DNA of 48,210 bases from Minisyncoccia bacterium (GCA_049287045.1 JBAQFC010000002.1:1-48210); one strand, 5' to 3'. Counted from the stretch's first letter, positions 31,158 through 39,967 are shown. A program made the numbers and translations. The notes: generated from the sequence alone by a model not told the origin.

Positions 31158-33458
31158 TTATATTTTCTTCGCCTTAATTCGTAATGAGTTTGATACGACC
31201 GACACACTCGACATTGCCATGGCAAAACCAGCAAACACCGGACTTAAAAGCCAACCAAAAAATGGAAAGAATAATCCAGCTGCAAGTGGAATACCGATAA
31301 TATTGTAGAAGAATGCCCAAAAAAGATTTTGTTTTATCCCTCTCATAGTAATCTTTGATAATCTAATTGCTTTTACTAGTTTAGAAATATCACCACCCAA
31401 AAGTGTAATTCCGGCTGATTCTATTGCAACATCTGTTCCTGTTGCCATTGCAATACCAACATCAGCTTGAGCAAGAGCTGGTGCATCATTAACTCCATCC
31501 CCTGCCATCGCCACAATTAAGCCTTTTGCTTGTAGTTCTTTAATCTTTGATAATTTATCTTCTGGCATTACTTCTGCAACAATTTCATCTATTCCTGACT
31601 CAACAGTAAGACCAATAAGTTTTCCTATATAGTTTGCTGTGTTTTTATTATCACCAGTCAACATAACTACTTTGACTCCAAGTTTGTGAAGTTCTGTAAT
31701 AGCCTGTTTTGATTCTTCTTTTATTGAATCAGCAACTGTCACAAAACCGAGAACTTTTTCTTTTGTCATTAAAACAACTGGAGTTTTTCCCTCCAATGTA
31801 AATTGGTCTAATTGTTTTGTATCAAAAGATAATTTTGAATCTTTTATAAGCCCAATACTACCAACAAAATATTCGACATTATCGATAGTTCCTTTTAGTC
31901 CACGTCCTTTAATACTTTCAAAACTAGAAAAGTTTTTTAACTGTATATTCTTTTCTTTTACATAATTTAATATTGCATGAGCAATCGGATGTTCTGATTT
32001 ATTTTCTAGTGTCGCGATGATTGAAATTTGATCTACATCTAAATTTGAAACATCGACAAGTTCTGGTTTTCCATAAGTAAGTGTTCCTGTTTTATCAACC
32101 ACCACCACGTTTACTTTATGAAGTTTTTCTAATGTCGCCGCATCTTTAATAAGAATTCCTTCTCTCGCACCTTTACCAACACCGACAATAATTGCTGTAG
32201 GTGTCGCAAGTCCTAAAGCACAAGGACAAGCAATCACTAGTACTGCAACAAACGACATTAATCCGTAAGAAAGAGCTTGAGAAAAACCAAGTGGCCCTGA
32301 TCCTATCAAAAGCCATAATGCTAATGTTACAAAAGAAATAACTAGAACAACCGGAACGAATATCGATGAAATTTTATCAGCCAAAGCCTGTATAGGTGCC
32401 TTTGACCCTTGTGCTTCTTCAACCATTTTTATTATATGAGCAAGCATTGTTTCGGAACCAACTTTAGTAGCTTTAAATGTAAAAGATCCAGTGGTATTTA
32501 TAGTTCCTGCAGAAACTGTTTCATTTAATTCTTTATGGATCGGCATCGGTTCACCCGTAATCATAGATTCATCGACATATGAATCACCTTCAGTAAGAAC
32601 CCCATCGACAGGGATTTTTGTCCCTGGTTTTACTATAACTAAATCACCATGAACAACTTCGTTAATAGATATTTCCACCTCTTTACCATCACGAACAACT
32701 AAAGCAGTTTTAGCTTGAAGACCTAAAAGTTTTTCAATTGCGTCACCAGTTTTTAATTTTGACTTGGTTTCTAAATATTTTCCAAGAGTTATAAAAGTAA
32801 TAACAATAATCGTAACATCAAAATAAGTTACTCCAATATTAGAAAATGATTTCAGTAATGTCTCCTCAAAAGCACTAACAATAAAACTATAGATAAAAGC
32901 GACGGACGTGCCGATACCTATCAGAGTGTCCATATTGGCCCTCCCATAACGCAAAAAACGATACACTCCTAAAAGATATGGCTTACCAACAACAAAAAGA
33001 GTATAAGCAGCCATAATAGGTAAAAGATGATGGAAAAACTCTCCCCATACTAAAGGCATTTCGGAAACAACTTTTAATTGTGCAAATATATCCCAGCCCA
33101 TTACAAAAACACTAATAATAGCCAACGGGATTGCTGTCACAACCTTACTTTTCATGTCAGAAATCTCGGCGAGTTTTTCTTTTTTTGATTGTCCAATACC
33201 AGTATGAGCCGCATGTTCATCTGCACTCATACCCATACTTTCAGCAGTTTCAGTTATTAAAGAATACCCTAACGGTTCGATTTTTTTTGAAAGTCCTTCA
33301 GGGTTTATTTTTGTTTCATCAAAAGAAACTTTCACAGACTCATTACCATAATTTGCTTCAGCTGAAATAACCCCTTCAGTTTTTTTAAAAGTCTTTTCAA
33401 TAATTCCTGCACAACTTGCACAATGCATTCCTTTTATTTTATATGTATCTTTTTTCAT
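31158..33458 (-). CDS. copA: copper-translocating P1B-type ATPase
   Basis: GMHCASC HMA domain, TGEP, CPC (ACPCALGLATP), DKTGTLT, GDGVNDAP. ATG at 33458; the track ORF starts 18 nt upstream at a TTG. Confidence 0.95.
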   Translation of the reverse strand: MKKDTYKIKGMHCASCAGIIEKTFKKTEGVISAEANYGNESVKVSFDETKINPEGLSKKIEPLGYSLITETAESMGMSADEHAAHTGIGQSKKEKLAEISDMKSKVVTAIPLAIISVFVMGWDIFAQLKVVSEMPLVWGEFFHHLLPIMAAYTLFVVGKPYLLGVYRFLRYGRANMDTLIGIGTSVAFIYSFIVSAFEETLLKSFSNIGVTYFDVTIIVITFITLGKYLETKSKLKTGDAIEKLLGLQAKTALVVRDGKEVEISINEVVHGDLVIVKPGTKIPVDGVLTEGDSYVDESMITGEPMPIHKELNETVSAGTINTTGSFTFKATKVGSETMLAHIIKMVEEAQGSKAPIQALADKISSIFVPVVLVISFVTLALWLLIGSGPLGFSQALSYGLMSFVAVLVIACPCALGLATPTAIIVGVGKGAREGILIKDAATLEKLHKVNVVVVDKTGTLTYGKPELVDVSNLDVDQISIIATLENKSEHPIAHAILNYVKEKNIQLKNFSSFESIKGRGLKGTIDNVEYFVGSIGLIKDSKLSFDTKQLDQFTLEGKTPVVLMTKEKVLGFVTVADSIKEESKQAITELHKLGVKVVMLTGDNKNTANYIGKLIGLTVESGIDEIVAEVMPEDKLSKIKELQAKGLIVAMAGDGVNDAPALAQADVGIAMATGTDVAIESAGITLLGGDISKLVKAIRLSKITMRGIKQNLFWAFFYNIIGIPLAAGLFFPFFGWLLSPVFAGFAMAMSSVSVVSNSLRIKAKKI

Positions 33459-33604
33459 ATTATTTATATACACCAAACGTAACGTAACGTAATAAATAAT
33501 ATTTTAATATGTTTTTTGGGGGTTTCGAGGCTGTCGAGCTGAGAACTTCAGGATTTTTTAAGCTTCAAAAAATCTGTACCCAAAAAATATATAAAATATT
33601 ATGA

Positions 33605-33868
33605 TTACTTTCTCTTTAATTGATAAACTTTTAATAATTCTTTTGTTGCTTTTTCTGTCTGTCCTTTTTTAATTTGATTTACCAAACAACAACCAATGTG
33701 ACTTTCTAAAAGAGAATCCTCTACTCCTGAAAGACCTTGTTTGATAGCAGAAGTCTGAGTAATAACATCAATACAATATTTATCTTCCTCGATCATATTT
33801 ACAAGACCTCTCACCTGCCCTTCAATAATCTTTAACCTCCGCACAAGTTTTTGCTTATTATTTTGCAT
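33605..33868 (-). CDS. csoR: CsoR-family metal-sensing repressor
   Basis: 87 aa. RLKIIEGQVRGL plus the C..H...C pattern (YCIDV...ESHIGCC). Confidence 0.85.
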   Translation of the reverse strand: MQNNKQKLVRRLKIIEGQVRGLVNMIEEDKYCIDVITQTSAIKQGLSGVEDSLLESHIGCCLVNQIKKGQTEKATKELLKVYQLKRK

Positions 33869-33879
33869 ACGAAAAGTAT

Positions 33880-33896
33880 ATACCCCTAGGGGGTAT
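33880..33896. promoter_or_regulatory. CsoR operator (ATACCCC-TAG-GGGGTAT) inside the csoR promoter
   Basis: GC-rich palindrome of the type bound by CsoR proteins. It lies between TTGACT (-35) and TATATA/ATATAC (-10) on the minus strand. The -10 is only about 10 nt from the ATG, so the leader is very short. Confidence 0.75.
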
Positions 33897-33960
33897 CAAG
33901 TCAAGTAACTATTTATTTCTACATTAACAAGTTACCTAATACACTCTACAAGGTAAATAT

Positions 33961-34434
33961 TTAGTTCTTTTTACTCAAAATACAAAAGATTATACCAGTC
34001 CAAATTGAAATAAGACCGAAGAGTAATACGATACCAGAAAACGCATAAGTGATAATTCCTAGATTCAAAGCTGTCATAAGAGTTGTTGCTGTAACCCACA
34101 TATTACGAGCATCGTTCGGTACCGTAACTGCCTTTCCATCTTTATCAAGAACAGGATTACCACTTTCATCAAGTTTAGGAATCTGTCCTGGCATTTCTGC
34201 ATATGTTTTACCACCTGTTGCTTTAAGAGTATGAACTCTAATAATATCAGCTTGTGCCTTGAGTGTGAACGGACCACGCACTGCAACACCCGGAATAGAG
34301 GCTTCTTTTGAAGTAGTTATATTTTCTCGTGCGACATTGTTGTATGTAAAGACTATTCCCCATATACCACCGGCAACCATTACTACCCCTGCGAGTATTG
34401 CTAATACTGACGAAACCTTAAGTAATTTTTTCAT
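33961..34434 (-). CDS. two-TM membrane protein with an extracytoplasmic loop, unknown function
   Basis: TM segments at both ends. No family recognised. Confidence 0.55.
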   Translation of the reverse strand: MKKLLKVSSVLAILAGVVMVAGGIWGIVFTYNNVARENITTSKEASIPGVAVRGPFTLKAQADIIRVHTLKATGGKTYAEMPGQIPKLDESGNPVLDKDGKAVTVPNDARNMWVTATTLMTALNLGIITYAFSGIVLLFGLISIWTGIIFCILSKKN

Positions 34435-34483
34435 AAAATATAATTCTTTTTTAATTTTCTAATAATTAACCATTAATAATAAT

Positions 34484-35035
34484 TTAAATTTTTTCTCTTC
34501 CGTAAAAATGAGCAACTAGAACAACAGTAATTATACTAAAGAAACTAGAAAGAGCGAGCATCGGCATAGAGATATATCCACCAAACTCAGAAATTAACTG
34601 TTTATAACAAGAAACACCCGAAGCATCACAAGGTGATGATGCACTGACATTGCCGAAATAATATATAAGATTTTGATATACAGAGACTACAAAACCAATA
34701 GAAAGAAGGGGTAGCACGTATTTAACTATTGTATGATCTTTGTACCAAGAAGCTATTCCAAAAATAAAAACTAATGGAAACATAAATATTCTTTGGTACC
34801 AACAAAGAAAACAAGGAAGGAACCCGACAATCTCTGAATAAACTAGAACAAAAAGTGATGACAAAAGAGAAACAATAAAACCAATAGATAAAAAATGTTT
34901 TTTAATAAAATCTAAATAAATATTTTTCTTTGGACCAAGAAATAAAACAAATAACGCTGCTAAGGAAAAAATCTGCAGCATTATTGCACCGGCTCCTAAA
35001 AACATATTTAAATAATGAACATTTTCAAGATTCAT
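34484..35035 (-). CDS. disulfide bond formation protein, DsbB/BdbC type
   Basis: CFLCWYQRIFMFPL motif in TM2 and a second Cys pair (SPCDASGVSC) in the outer loop. Confidence 0.8.
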   Translation of the reverse strand: MNLENVHYLNMFLGAGAIMLQIFSLAALFVLFLGPKKNIYLDFIKKHFLSIGFIVSLLSSLFVLVYSEIVGFLPCFLCWYQRIFMFPLVFIFGIASWYKDHTIVKYVLPLLSIGFVVSVYQNLIYYFGNVSASSPCDASGVSCYKQLISEFGGYISMPMLALSSFFSIITVVLVAHFYGREKI

Positions 35036-35039
35036 ATTT

Positions 35040-35435
35040 TTATTCTGGCAATACGCAACTAGTTTTTTCTGATAATGTCTTTAATGAAACACCTGCTCCA
35101 TTTTCCACAGGAAGACGAGTTCCATCTGCAAGTTCCCATGTTGGATAACCTTCGATTTTTTTGTCTTTACATTGCTGTGTCTGACCTGAAGCGTCAGGAG
35201 TAGAACATTCAACATAAGACAAAAACTTTACCGAAGAACCAAAAAGAGCTTTTTGTTCTTTACAATGTGGACACCAAAAAGCACCATAAAAAGTAGCACC
35301 CTTATCTTTTAGACATTGAGCAAAAGTATCATATTTACCGGGAGCATTTCCCTTTCCGCTCTGCAAAACAACAGTAAAAATTCCACCCAAAACCAAAACG
35401 ATAACTAGTACAAAAAAGATTGTTGATTGTTTCAT
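35040..35435 (-). CDS. membrane-anchored thioredoxin-like oxidoreductase
   Basis: FYGAFWCPHCKEQK (CxxC) thioredoxin-fold motif. Translationally adjacent to the dsbB-like gene. Confidence 0.75.
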   Translation of the reverse strand: MKQSTIFFVLVIVLVLGGIFTVVLQSGKGNAPGKYDTFAQCLKDKGATFYGAFWCPHCKEQKALFGSSVKFLSYVECSTPDASGQTQQCKDKKIEGYPTWELADGTRLPVENGAGVSLKTLSEKTSCVLPE

Positions 35436-35451
35436 ATATGTTTATTATACA

Positions 35452-35832
35452 CTAAAAAAACTTGGGGATAAAAATTATTAATCCAATAACAACCGCAGTA
35501 ACAGCAGAGATCAAAACTGCCCCAGCCGCAACATCTTTAGTGTCACGAGCATAAGGATGATATTCTGGTGAGGTTAAATCTATATCTATTTCAATTGCAG
35601 TATTAAAAGACTCCGCCATAATAACCAGCCCGATCGCGAAGACTAATGCAATCCACTCCATTTCAGAAATACAAAAATAAAAACCTAAAACAATAGAAAG
35701 TGCAGCAAAAAATAAATGGACCATAAAGTGTCTGGTTGTAGCTATTACAATCTGAACACCCCTAAAAGCGTTTAAAAACCTTTTACCTTTCATAACTGTT
35801 GCCCAAGCTTTTTTTTCTTTAGTAGATTCCAT
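35452..35832 (-). CDS. dgkA: diacylglycerol/undecaprenol kinase
   Basis: 126 aa, three TM segments, AESFNTAIE motif. Confidence 0.8.
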   Translation of the reverse strand: MESTKEKKAWATVMKGKRFLNAFRGVQIVIATTRHFMVHLFFAALSIVLGFYFCISEMEWIALVFAIGLVIMAESFNTAIEIDIDLTSPEYHPYARDTKDVAAGAVLISAVTAVVIGLIIFIPKFF

Positions 35833-35899
35833 ATATCAATTTATTATTTACTAATAAGACCGGTCTATTGTAACAGTTTTTGTGTTCAAAACAAAGAAA

Positions 35900-36082
35900 T
35901 TACTTGAACTGTTTAACAATAAAATCAAACGGTAAACTTATTACATATAATAAAAATCCAACAACTTTTCCAAAAAGTCCCATTTTTTGGAAATATTCAG
36001 AAATACGTTTAATTCCCACCAAAATCATCATATTTGGTAAAAATATTGTTACGTATAAAATTGACTGTAAAAAATGTATCAT
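35900..36082 (-). CDS. small hydrophobic membrane protein (60 aa)
   Basis: Two predicted TM segments. ATG lies 9 nt downstream of the stop of 36091..36735 on the same strand. Confidence 0.4.
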   Translation of the reverse strand: MIHFLQSILYVTIFLPNMMILVGIKRISEYFQKMGLFGKVVGFLLYVISLPFDFIVKQFK

Positions 36083-36090
36083 ATTTATCT

Positions 36091-36735
36091 TTATACCTGA
36101 GCTTGTAAGGTGACGTCGTAATCCTTTTTAAAGATTGTTTTTGAAATATGAAAAATAGTAAATGTAATAAAAAATGCAGAAAGGACATCGATTGAATAAT
36201 GTAGATGACCTAGTAGTACTATCATCCCAAAAAATAAAGACAAGCCAATAAAGAAATAACGAGCAATCTTGTTATCCCAATAAATAAGTGACATTAAAAA
36301 TGGCAAACCGGTATGACCCGAGAAAAATAAATCACCAGTGAAGCTAACATAGCTTATAATATTTTCCAGAGGAACAAGGGCTTGTGTTGGGAATGGACCA
36401 AGATGAGTAAGAGAAACAAAAATTGAACGAACTACAACAAATAGACTGATTGATTTAATAGTAAAAGGAATTTTTTTAGGATTGGTAACACAAAAAAGGC
36501 CAATAACAATAAACAAAGAAAAACCTCCGTAAACAAATAAACCATCAACATCAAAAGTTCTAATATTGCTTAAGAAAATATCAGTAACGAAATTACTTGC
36601 TTGATTGGTCGCATACATACCAGCATAAAAATTTACAAATAAACTAACTGTAAGCATAACCATCGACAAAATTATAGAGAAAATAAATTCCCGTCTCTTG
36701 AAATGAGTCTTGTAATCATTGATTATTTTTTCCAT
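36091..36735 (-). CDS. PAP2-superfamily membrane protein (PAP2_C / sphingomyelin-synthase-like)
   Basis: FSGHTGLPFL and HYSIDV motifs in a protein with 5-6 TM segments. Confidence 0.65.
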   Translation of the reverse strand: MEKIINDYKTHFKRREFIFSIILSMVMLTVSLFVNFYAGMYATNQASNFVTDIFLSNIRTFDVDGLFVYGGFSLFIVIGLFCVTNPKKIPFTIKSISLFVVVRSIFVSLTHLGPFPTQALVPLENIISYVSFTGDLFFSGHTGLPFLMSLIYWDNKIARYFFIGLSLFFGMIVLLGHLHYSIDVLSAFFITFTIFHISKTIFKKDYDVTLQAQV

Positions 36736-36750
36736 AAATTTATGTAAGTA

Positions 36751-37329
36751 TTATACCATAGTTTTCTTCTTTCCTCTATAATAGACAAAAATACCTATAA
36801 GTAAAATAAAAAATAATACTAAGGCTATCTTGCTGATATATGAATCGATACTTTTATATGCATACCCAAGATAATATCCGATTAACAAAAAAACAAGAGA
36901 TTTTGGTAATGTACCAAGAAGATTAAACCAAAGAAATCTACCTATCGGCATTTTAACCATTCCTGCAGCAGAAAGAACTGCCCAACCCATCGAATGGGTC
37001 AACTTGCCCCAGAAAATTGTCTTACCGCTATGAACATCAAAATGATCTGATATCCTTTTTATTCGTGAATCTGTCAAACCAAAAAAGCGACCTAAAAAAG
37101 TATTTGAAAGCCTTTTACCAAAAAACCCAACGGAATAAAATAAAAGATCCCCTATTAAATCACCCAAGACCACTATAAAATACACAATGACAATATTGAA
37201 ATATCCTTGATGAGCCAAAAAAGCAGCAATCACTGTAATAATTGGACCTTCTATTATGGAAATTGGAAGGATGAATAAATACCCGTAACTGATAATCCAT
37301 AATGATATTGTTGCTAAGCTAAATGACAT
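36751..37329 (-). CDS. DedA-family membrane protein
   Basis: VLGDLIGDLLFYSVGFFG signature. About 190 aa, polytopic. Confidence 0.75.
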   Translation of the reverse strand: MSFSLATISLWIISYGYLFILPISIIEGPIITVIAAFLAHQGYFNIVIVYFIVVLGDLIGDLLFYSVGFFGKRLSNTFLGRFFGLTDSRIKRISDHFDVHSGKTIFWGKLTHSMGWAVLSAAGMVKMPIGRFLWFNLLGTLPKSLVFLLIGYYLGYAYKSIDSYISKIALVLFFILLIGIFVYYRGKKKTMV

Positions 37330-37362
37330 AGGTTTTTATTTTTTTTATAGTAAAATAATAAG

Positions 37363-38055
37363 ATGCATAAAGTTTCGTGCCTGATTCCAGCATATAATGA
37401 AGGTACTAGAATCGCAAGCATTCTTTCTGTTGTTTGTAACCACCCCTTAATTAATGAAGTCATTGTAATAAATGATTGCTCAACTGATAATACTTCAAAA
37501 GTAGTCATGGAGTATAAAAATATCCACCTAATAAATAATAAAGAGAATAAAGGAAAAAGTGCTACAATTGTCGCAGGGATAAAAGAAGCTACCGGAGATA
37601 TTCTTTGTCTTATTGATGCTGATCTAATTGGTCTGACAACAGAGAATATTACCAACCTTATAGAACCTGTAATTTCAGACAAAACAGACGTATCTATTAG
37701 CGTCAGAAGAATTAGCCCTATTATGGATAAAATTTACCAAATTATTGGTATGGATTTTATTTCAGGAGAAAGAGTATTTAAAAAAAGTCTTATTCAAAAC
37801 CATTTAGAAGAAATAGCTTGCCTACCCCGTTTTAGTCTTGAAACATTTTTGAACAAAATTTTTATAAAAAATAAAACACGAATAAAAATAGTTTTCTGGG
37901 ACAATGTTCGTAGCCCTTTAAAGTCAAAAAAATTTGGATTTATAGAAGGAACTAAACGTGAAATTTCAATGTTTTCGAATATTTTAAAAACAGCATCTAT
38001 ATTCGAAATATTAAATCAATTAAAAAATATGCGTAGATTAATAATAAGACAATGA
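37363..38055 (+). CDS. glycosyltransferase family 2
   Basis: CLIPAYNEG, INDCSTDNT, DADL motifs. Confidence 0.8.
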   Translation: MHKVSCLIPAYNEGTRIASILSVVCNHPLINEVIVINDCSTDNTSKVVMEYKNIHLINNKENKGKSATIVAGIKEATGDILCLIDADLIGLTTENITNLIEPVISDKTDVSISVRRISPIMDKIYQIIGMDFISGERVFKKSLIQNHLEEIACLPRFSLETFLNKIFIKNKTRIKIVFWDNVRSPLKSKKFGFIEGTKREISMFSNILKTASIFEILNQLKNMRRLIIRQ

Positions 38056-38076
38056 AAATATCACACTTCAACTAAT

Positions 38077-38784
38077 ATGACCGAACCTAAAGTTAGTATT
38101 GTTATTCCAGCTTATAACGAAGAAAAATATCTGGCAGATACACTGAAAGCTGTATGTGCATTAGATTATAAAAATTTTGAAGTTATTGTCGTAAACAATG
38201 CTAGTACTGATAACACAGAAAAGATAGCAAGAACATTTCCGGTTGTAGTATTAAATGAGAACAAGAAAGGTATTCTATTCGCGCGCGAGTGTGGACGAAA
38301 AAATGCTACAGGAGAAATTATTGCCAATATTGATTCGGATTGTCAACCAGACAAGGACTGGCTTAAAAAAGGTGTGGAGTTTTTTAAAGACCCAAAAGTT
38401 GTGGCTCTTGGTGGTCCTTATTATTATTTTGATGGCTCCCCTTTCTTTCAAAAATACTCTTCTTTTATTCAGAAATATTTTTATTATGGTATGAATAAAA
38501 TATTAAATAACTTAAAACGTGGAGGAGTTTTAATCGGAGGAAATAATATGATCAGGGCCAGTGTATTAAATGAAATAGGAGGTTATGATACAAACTATCT
38601 TTTTTACGGTGAAGATACAGACACAGCAAAAAGAGTAGCACAAAAAGGTAAAGTTGTTTTTGATAAAAATTTTATGATAAAAACTTCTGCCCGAAGGTTT
38701 AAGGCCGAAGGTACAATCCGTATTAGCATACTTTATTTATTCCATTTTTTGAAAGTGGCTTTTTTTTCAAGAATGAGAAATTAA
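38077..38784 (+). CDS. glycosyltransferase family 2
   Basis: VSIVIPAYNEE, VVNNASTDNT, NIDSDC, GEDTD motifs. Confidence 0.8.
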   Translation: MTEPKVSIVIPAYNEEKYLADTLKAVCALDYKNFEVIVVNNASTDNTEKIARTFPVVVLNENKKGILFARECGRKNATGEIIANIDSDCQPDKDWLKKGVEFFKDPKVVALGGPYYYFDGSPFFQKYSSFIQKYFYYGMNKILNNLKRGGVLIGGNNMIRASVLNEIGGYDTNYLFYGEDTDTAKRVAQKGKVVFDKNFMIKTSARRFKAEGTIRISILYLFHFLKVAFFSRMRN

Positions 38785-38842
38785 ACCAATCTAATCTTAG
38801 TGTTAACATTGTTTAATAAACAATGTATAATCGAAATTACTT

Positions 38843-39253
38843 ATGATGAAAAAAGATAAATATAAATTGAATGGTTGTAAAGTTAAAGCAAAACGCTCAA
38901 GTGCAGGCTTGGGTCTTTTTGCAATGGAACCAATACCTAAAGGTACTTGTATTATAGAATACATAGGCAGAGTCATATCTAAAGAAGAAGAATATAAAAG
39001 TAAAAGTCTATATCTCTTTGAATTAAATTCAAGAAAGACGATTGATGGAAGAGATCGATCAAATACCGCTCGTTATGTGAATCATTCTTGCAAGCCAAAT
39101 GCTGAAGCAGAAATATGGAAAAACCAAATATTTTTTCTAGCTCGTAAAAACATCAAAGAAGGTGAAGAAATAACTTTCGACTATGGAAAAGAATACATAG
39201 ATGAACATATAAAACCCAAAGGTTGTCGTTGTGGTAAATGTTCAACTAAATAA
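38843..39253 (+). CDS. SET-domain protein-lysine methyltransferase
   Basis: NHSCKPN, GEEITFDYG, and a post-SET CRCGKC. Confidence 0.8.
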   Translation: MMKKDKYKLNGCKVKAKRSSAGLGLFAMEPIPKGTCIIEYIGRVISKEEEYKSKSLYLFELNSRKTIDGRDRSNTARYVNHSCKPNAEAEIWKNQIFFLARKNIKEGEEITFDYGKEYIDEHIKPKGCRCGKCSTK

Positions 39254-39264
39254 ATTAAAAATAA

Positions 39265-39520
39265 TTGATGGGGCTTTCCTTACAGGAACAGTATACAATC
39301 GTGCGGCTGATGGGCTTGGTCACAAATATTTCCTCGCCGTCGCTCAGAAATTTCGCGACCCCATAAAAATAAAACTGCTTTGATTTTTATCTGATACGAA
39401 GTAATTGTCTGTATTTTGCTTGCAAAATAGACAATAGGGGCGAACTTGTCTACTGACAAAACATCGTTCCGTCCGTCAGCACCCAACGAAATGTCTCACA
39501 GACATTTCTTCAACCGCGCA
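39265..39520 (-). repeat. tRNA-3'-end-mirroring structured element, Asp-type
   Basis: Minus strand: GCGCGGTTG + hairpin (AAGAAATGTCT-GTG-AGACATTTCGTT) + GGGTGCTGAC. This is the reverse complement of the tRNA-Asp 3' end GTCAGCACCCAT|CAGCCGCGC. A direct copy GCCCATCAGCCGCAC lies at 39315-39301. GTATACTG TTCCT-GTA-AGGAA (39298-39276) is identical to Asn-type copy 2. Confidence 0.75.
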
Positions 39521-39554
39521 AAGAAAAAACGCCCTATTAGGCGTTTTTTCTTTT
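39521..39554 (-). terminator. terminator after the tRNA cluster
   Basis: Minus strand: AAAGAAAAAACGCC-TAATAG-GGCGTTTTTTCTTT. Confidence 0.8.
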
Positions 39555-39558
39555 GATG

Positions 39559-39630
39559 CGCGGCTGATGGGTGCTGACCCCACGGCCTCCCACGTGACAG
39601 GCGGGTGCTCTACCGTTGAGCTACAGCCGC
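39559..39630 (-). tRNA. tRNA-Asp(GUC) with a non-canonical T-loop
   Basis: GCGGCTG TA GCTC AACGGTA GAGC A CCCGC CTGTCAC GTGGG AGGCC GTGGG GTCAGCA CCCAT CAGCCGC G. The T-loop is GTCAGCA where TTCRANN is expected. No encoded CCA. Confidence 0.8.
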
Positions 39631-39676
39631 ATCCCCTATAATCTACCACAAATGGAAAAATCTTCCAATCTGCTTG

Positions 39677-39750
39677 TGTCGGTGGCAGGACTTGCACCTG
39701 CGACCTTGGCTTTATGAGTGCCATGCTCTAACTACCTGAGCTACACCGAC
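39677..39750 (-). tRNA. elongator tRNA with CAU anticodon (Met, or Ile2 if lysidine-modified)
   Basis: GTCGGTG TA GCTC AGGTAGTTA GAGC A TGGCA CTCATAA AGCCA AGGTC GCAGG TGCAAGT CCTGC CACCGAC A. G1-C72 is paired, so this is not an initiator. The T-loop has G at position 55. Confidence 0.8.
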
Positions 39751-39844
39751 ATGTGTGTATTTTTTTAAAAAACAAGTACAAACTAACCTTCGACCTGTTT
39801 TAATCGACAATATAGACATAAAAGGCATGTCACTTGCCGAATTG

Positions 39845-39915
39845 TTGCGGGAGGCCGAATCGAACGGCCGTCTCAAGGTTATGAGCCTTGCGAGATGCCT
39901 CTTCTCTATCCCGCT
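39845..39915 (-). tRNA. initiator-type tRNA-fMet(CAU)
   Basis: AGCGGGA TA GAGA AGAGGCA TCTC G CAAGG CTCATAA CCTTG AGAC GGCCG TTCGATT CGGCC TCCCGCA A. Positions 1 and 72 are mismatched, and the 3' end CCCGCAAC matches E. coli tRNA-fMet. Confidence 0.8.
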
Positions 39916-39967
39916 ATGAATAGCTTAAAGCACTAAAATAGTATACCTGAAATTTTGAAAAAGTAAA

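Noticed and set aside
35880-36113. 77-aa plus-strand ORF
   Set aside because: It overlaps the more plausible 60-aa hydrophobic minus-strand ORF, which is co-directional and tightly spaced with its neighbours. The plus-frame product is low-complexity.
37314-37682. 122-aa minus-strand ORF overlapping the first GT2 gene
   Set aside because: The plus-strand frame has clear GT2 motifs. The minus frame would also overlap the DedA start.
39265-39520. IS110/IS1111 bridge-RNA or seekRNA interpretation of the guide-hairpin-guide layout
   Set aside because: No DEDD/serine recombinase gene is in or near any copy. Both half-arms complement the same DNA strand. It cannot be excluded that a recombinase acts in trans, so the resemblance is mentioned only as a hypothesis to test.
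39280-39724. Track ORFs 39280..39486 (-) and 39476..39724 (-)
   Set aside because: They run through tRNA-Asp, tRNA-Met, the terminator and the Asp-type element. They are artefacts of GC-richer structured RNA sequence.
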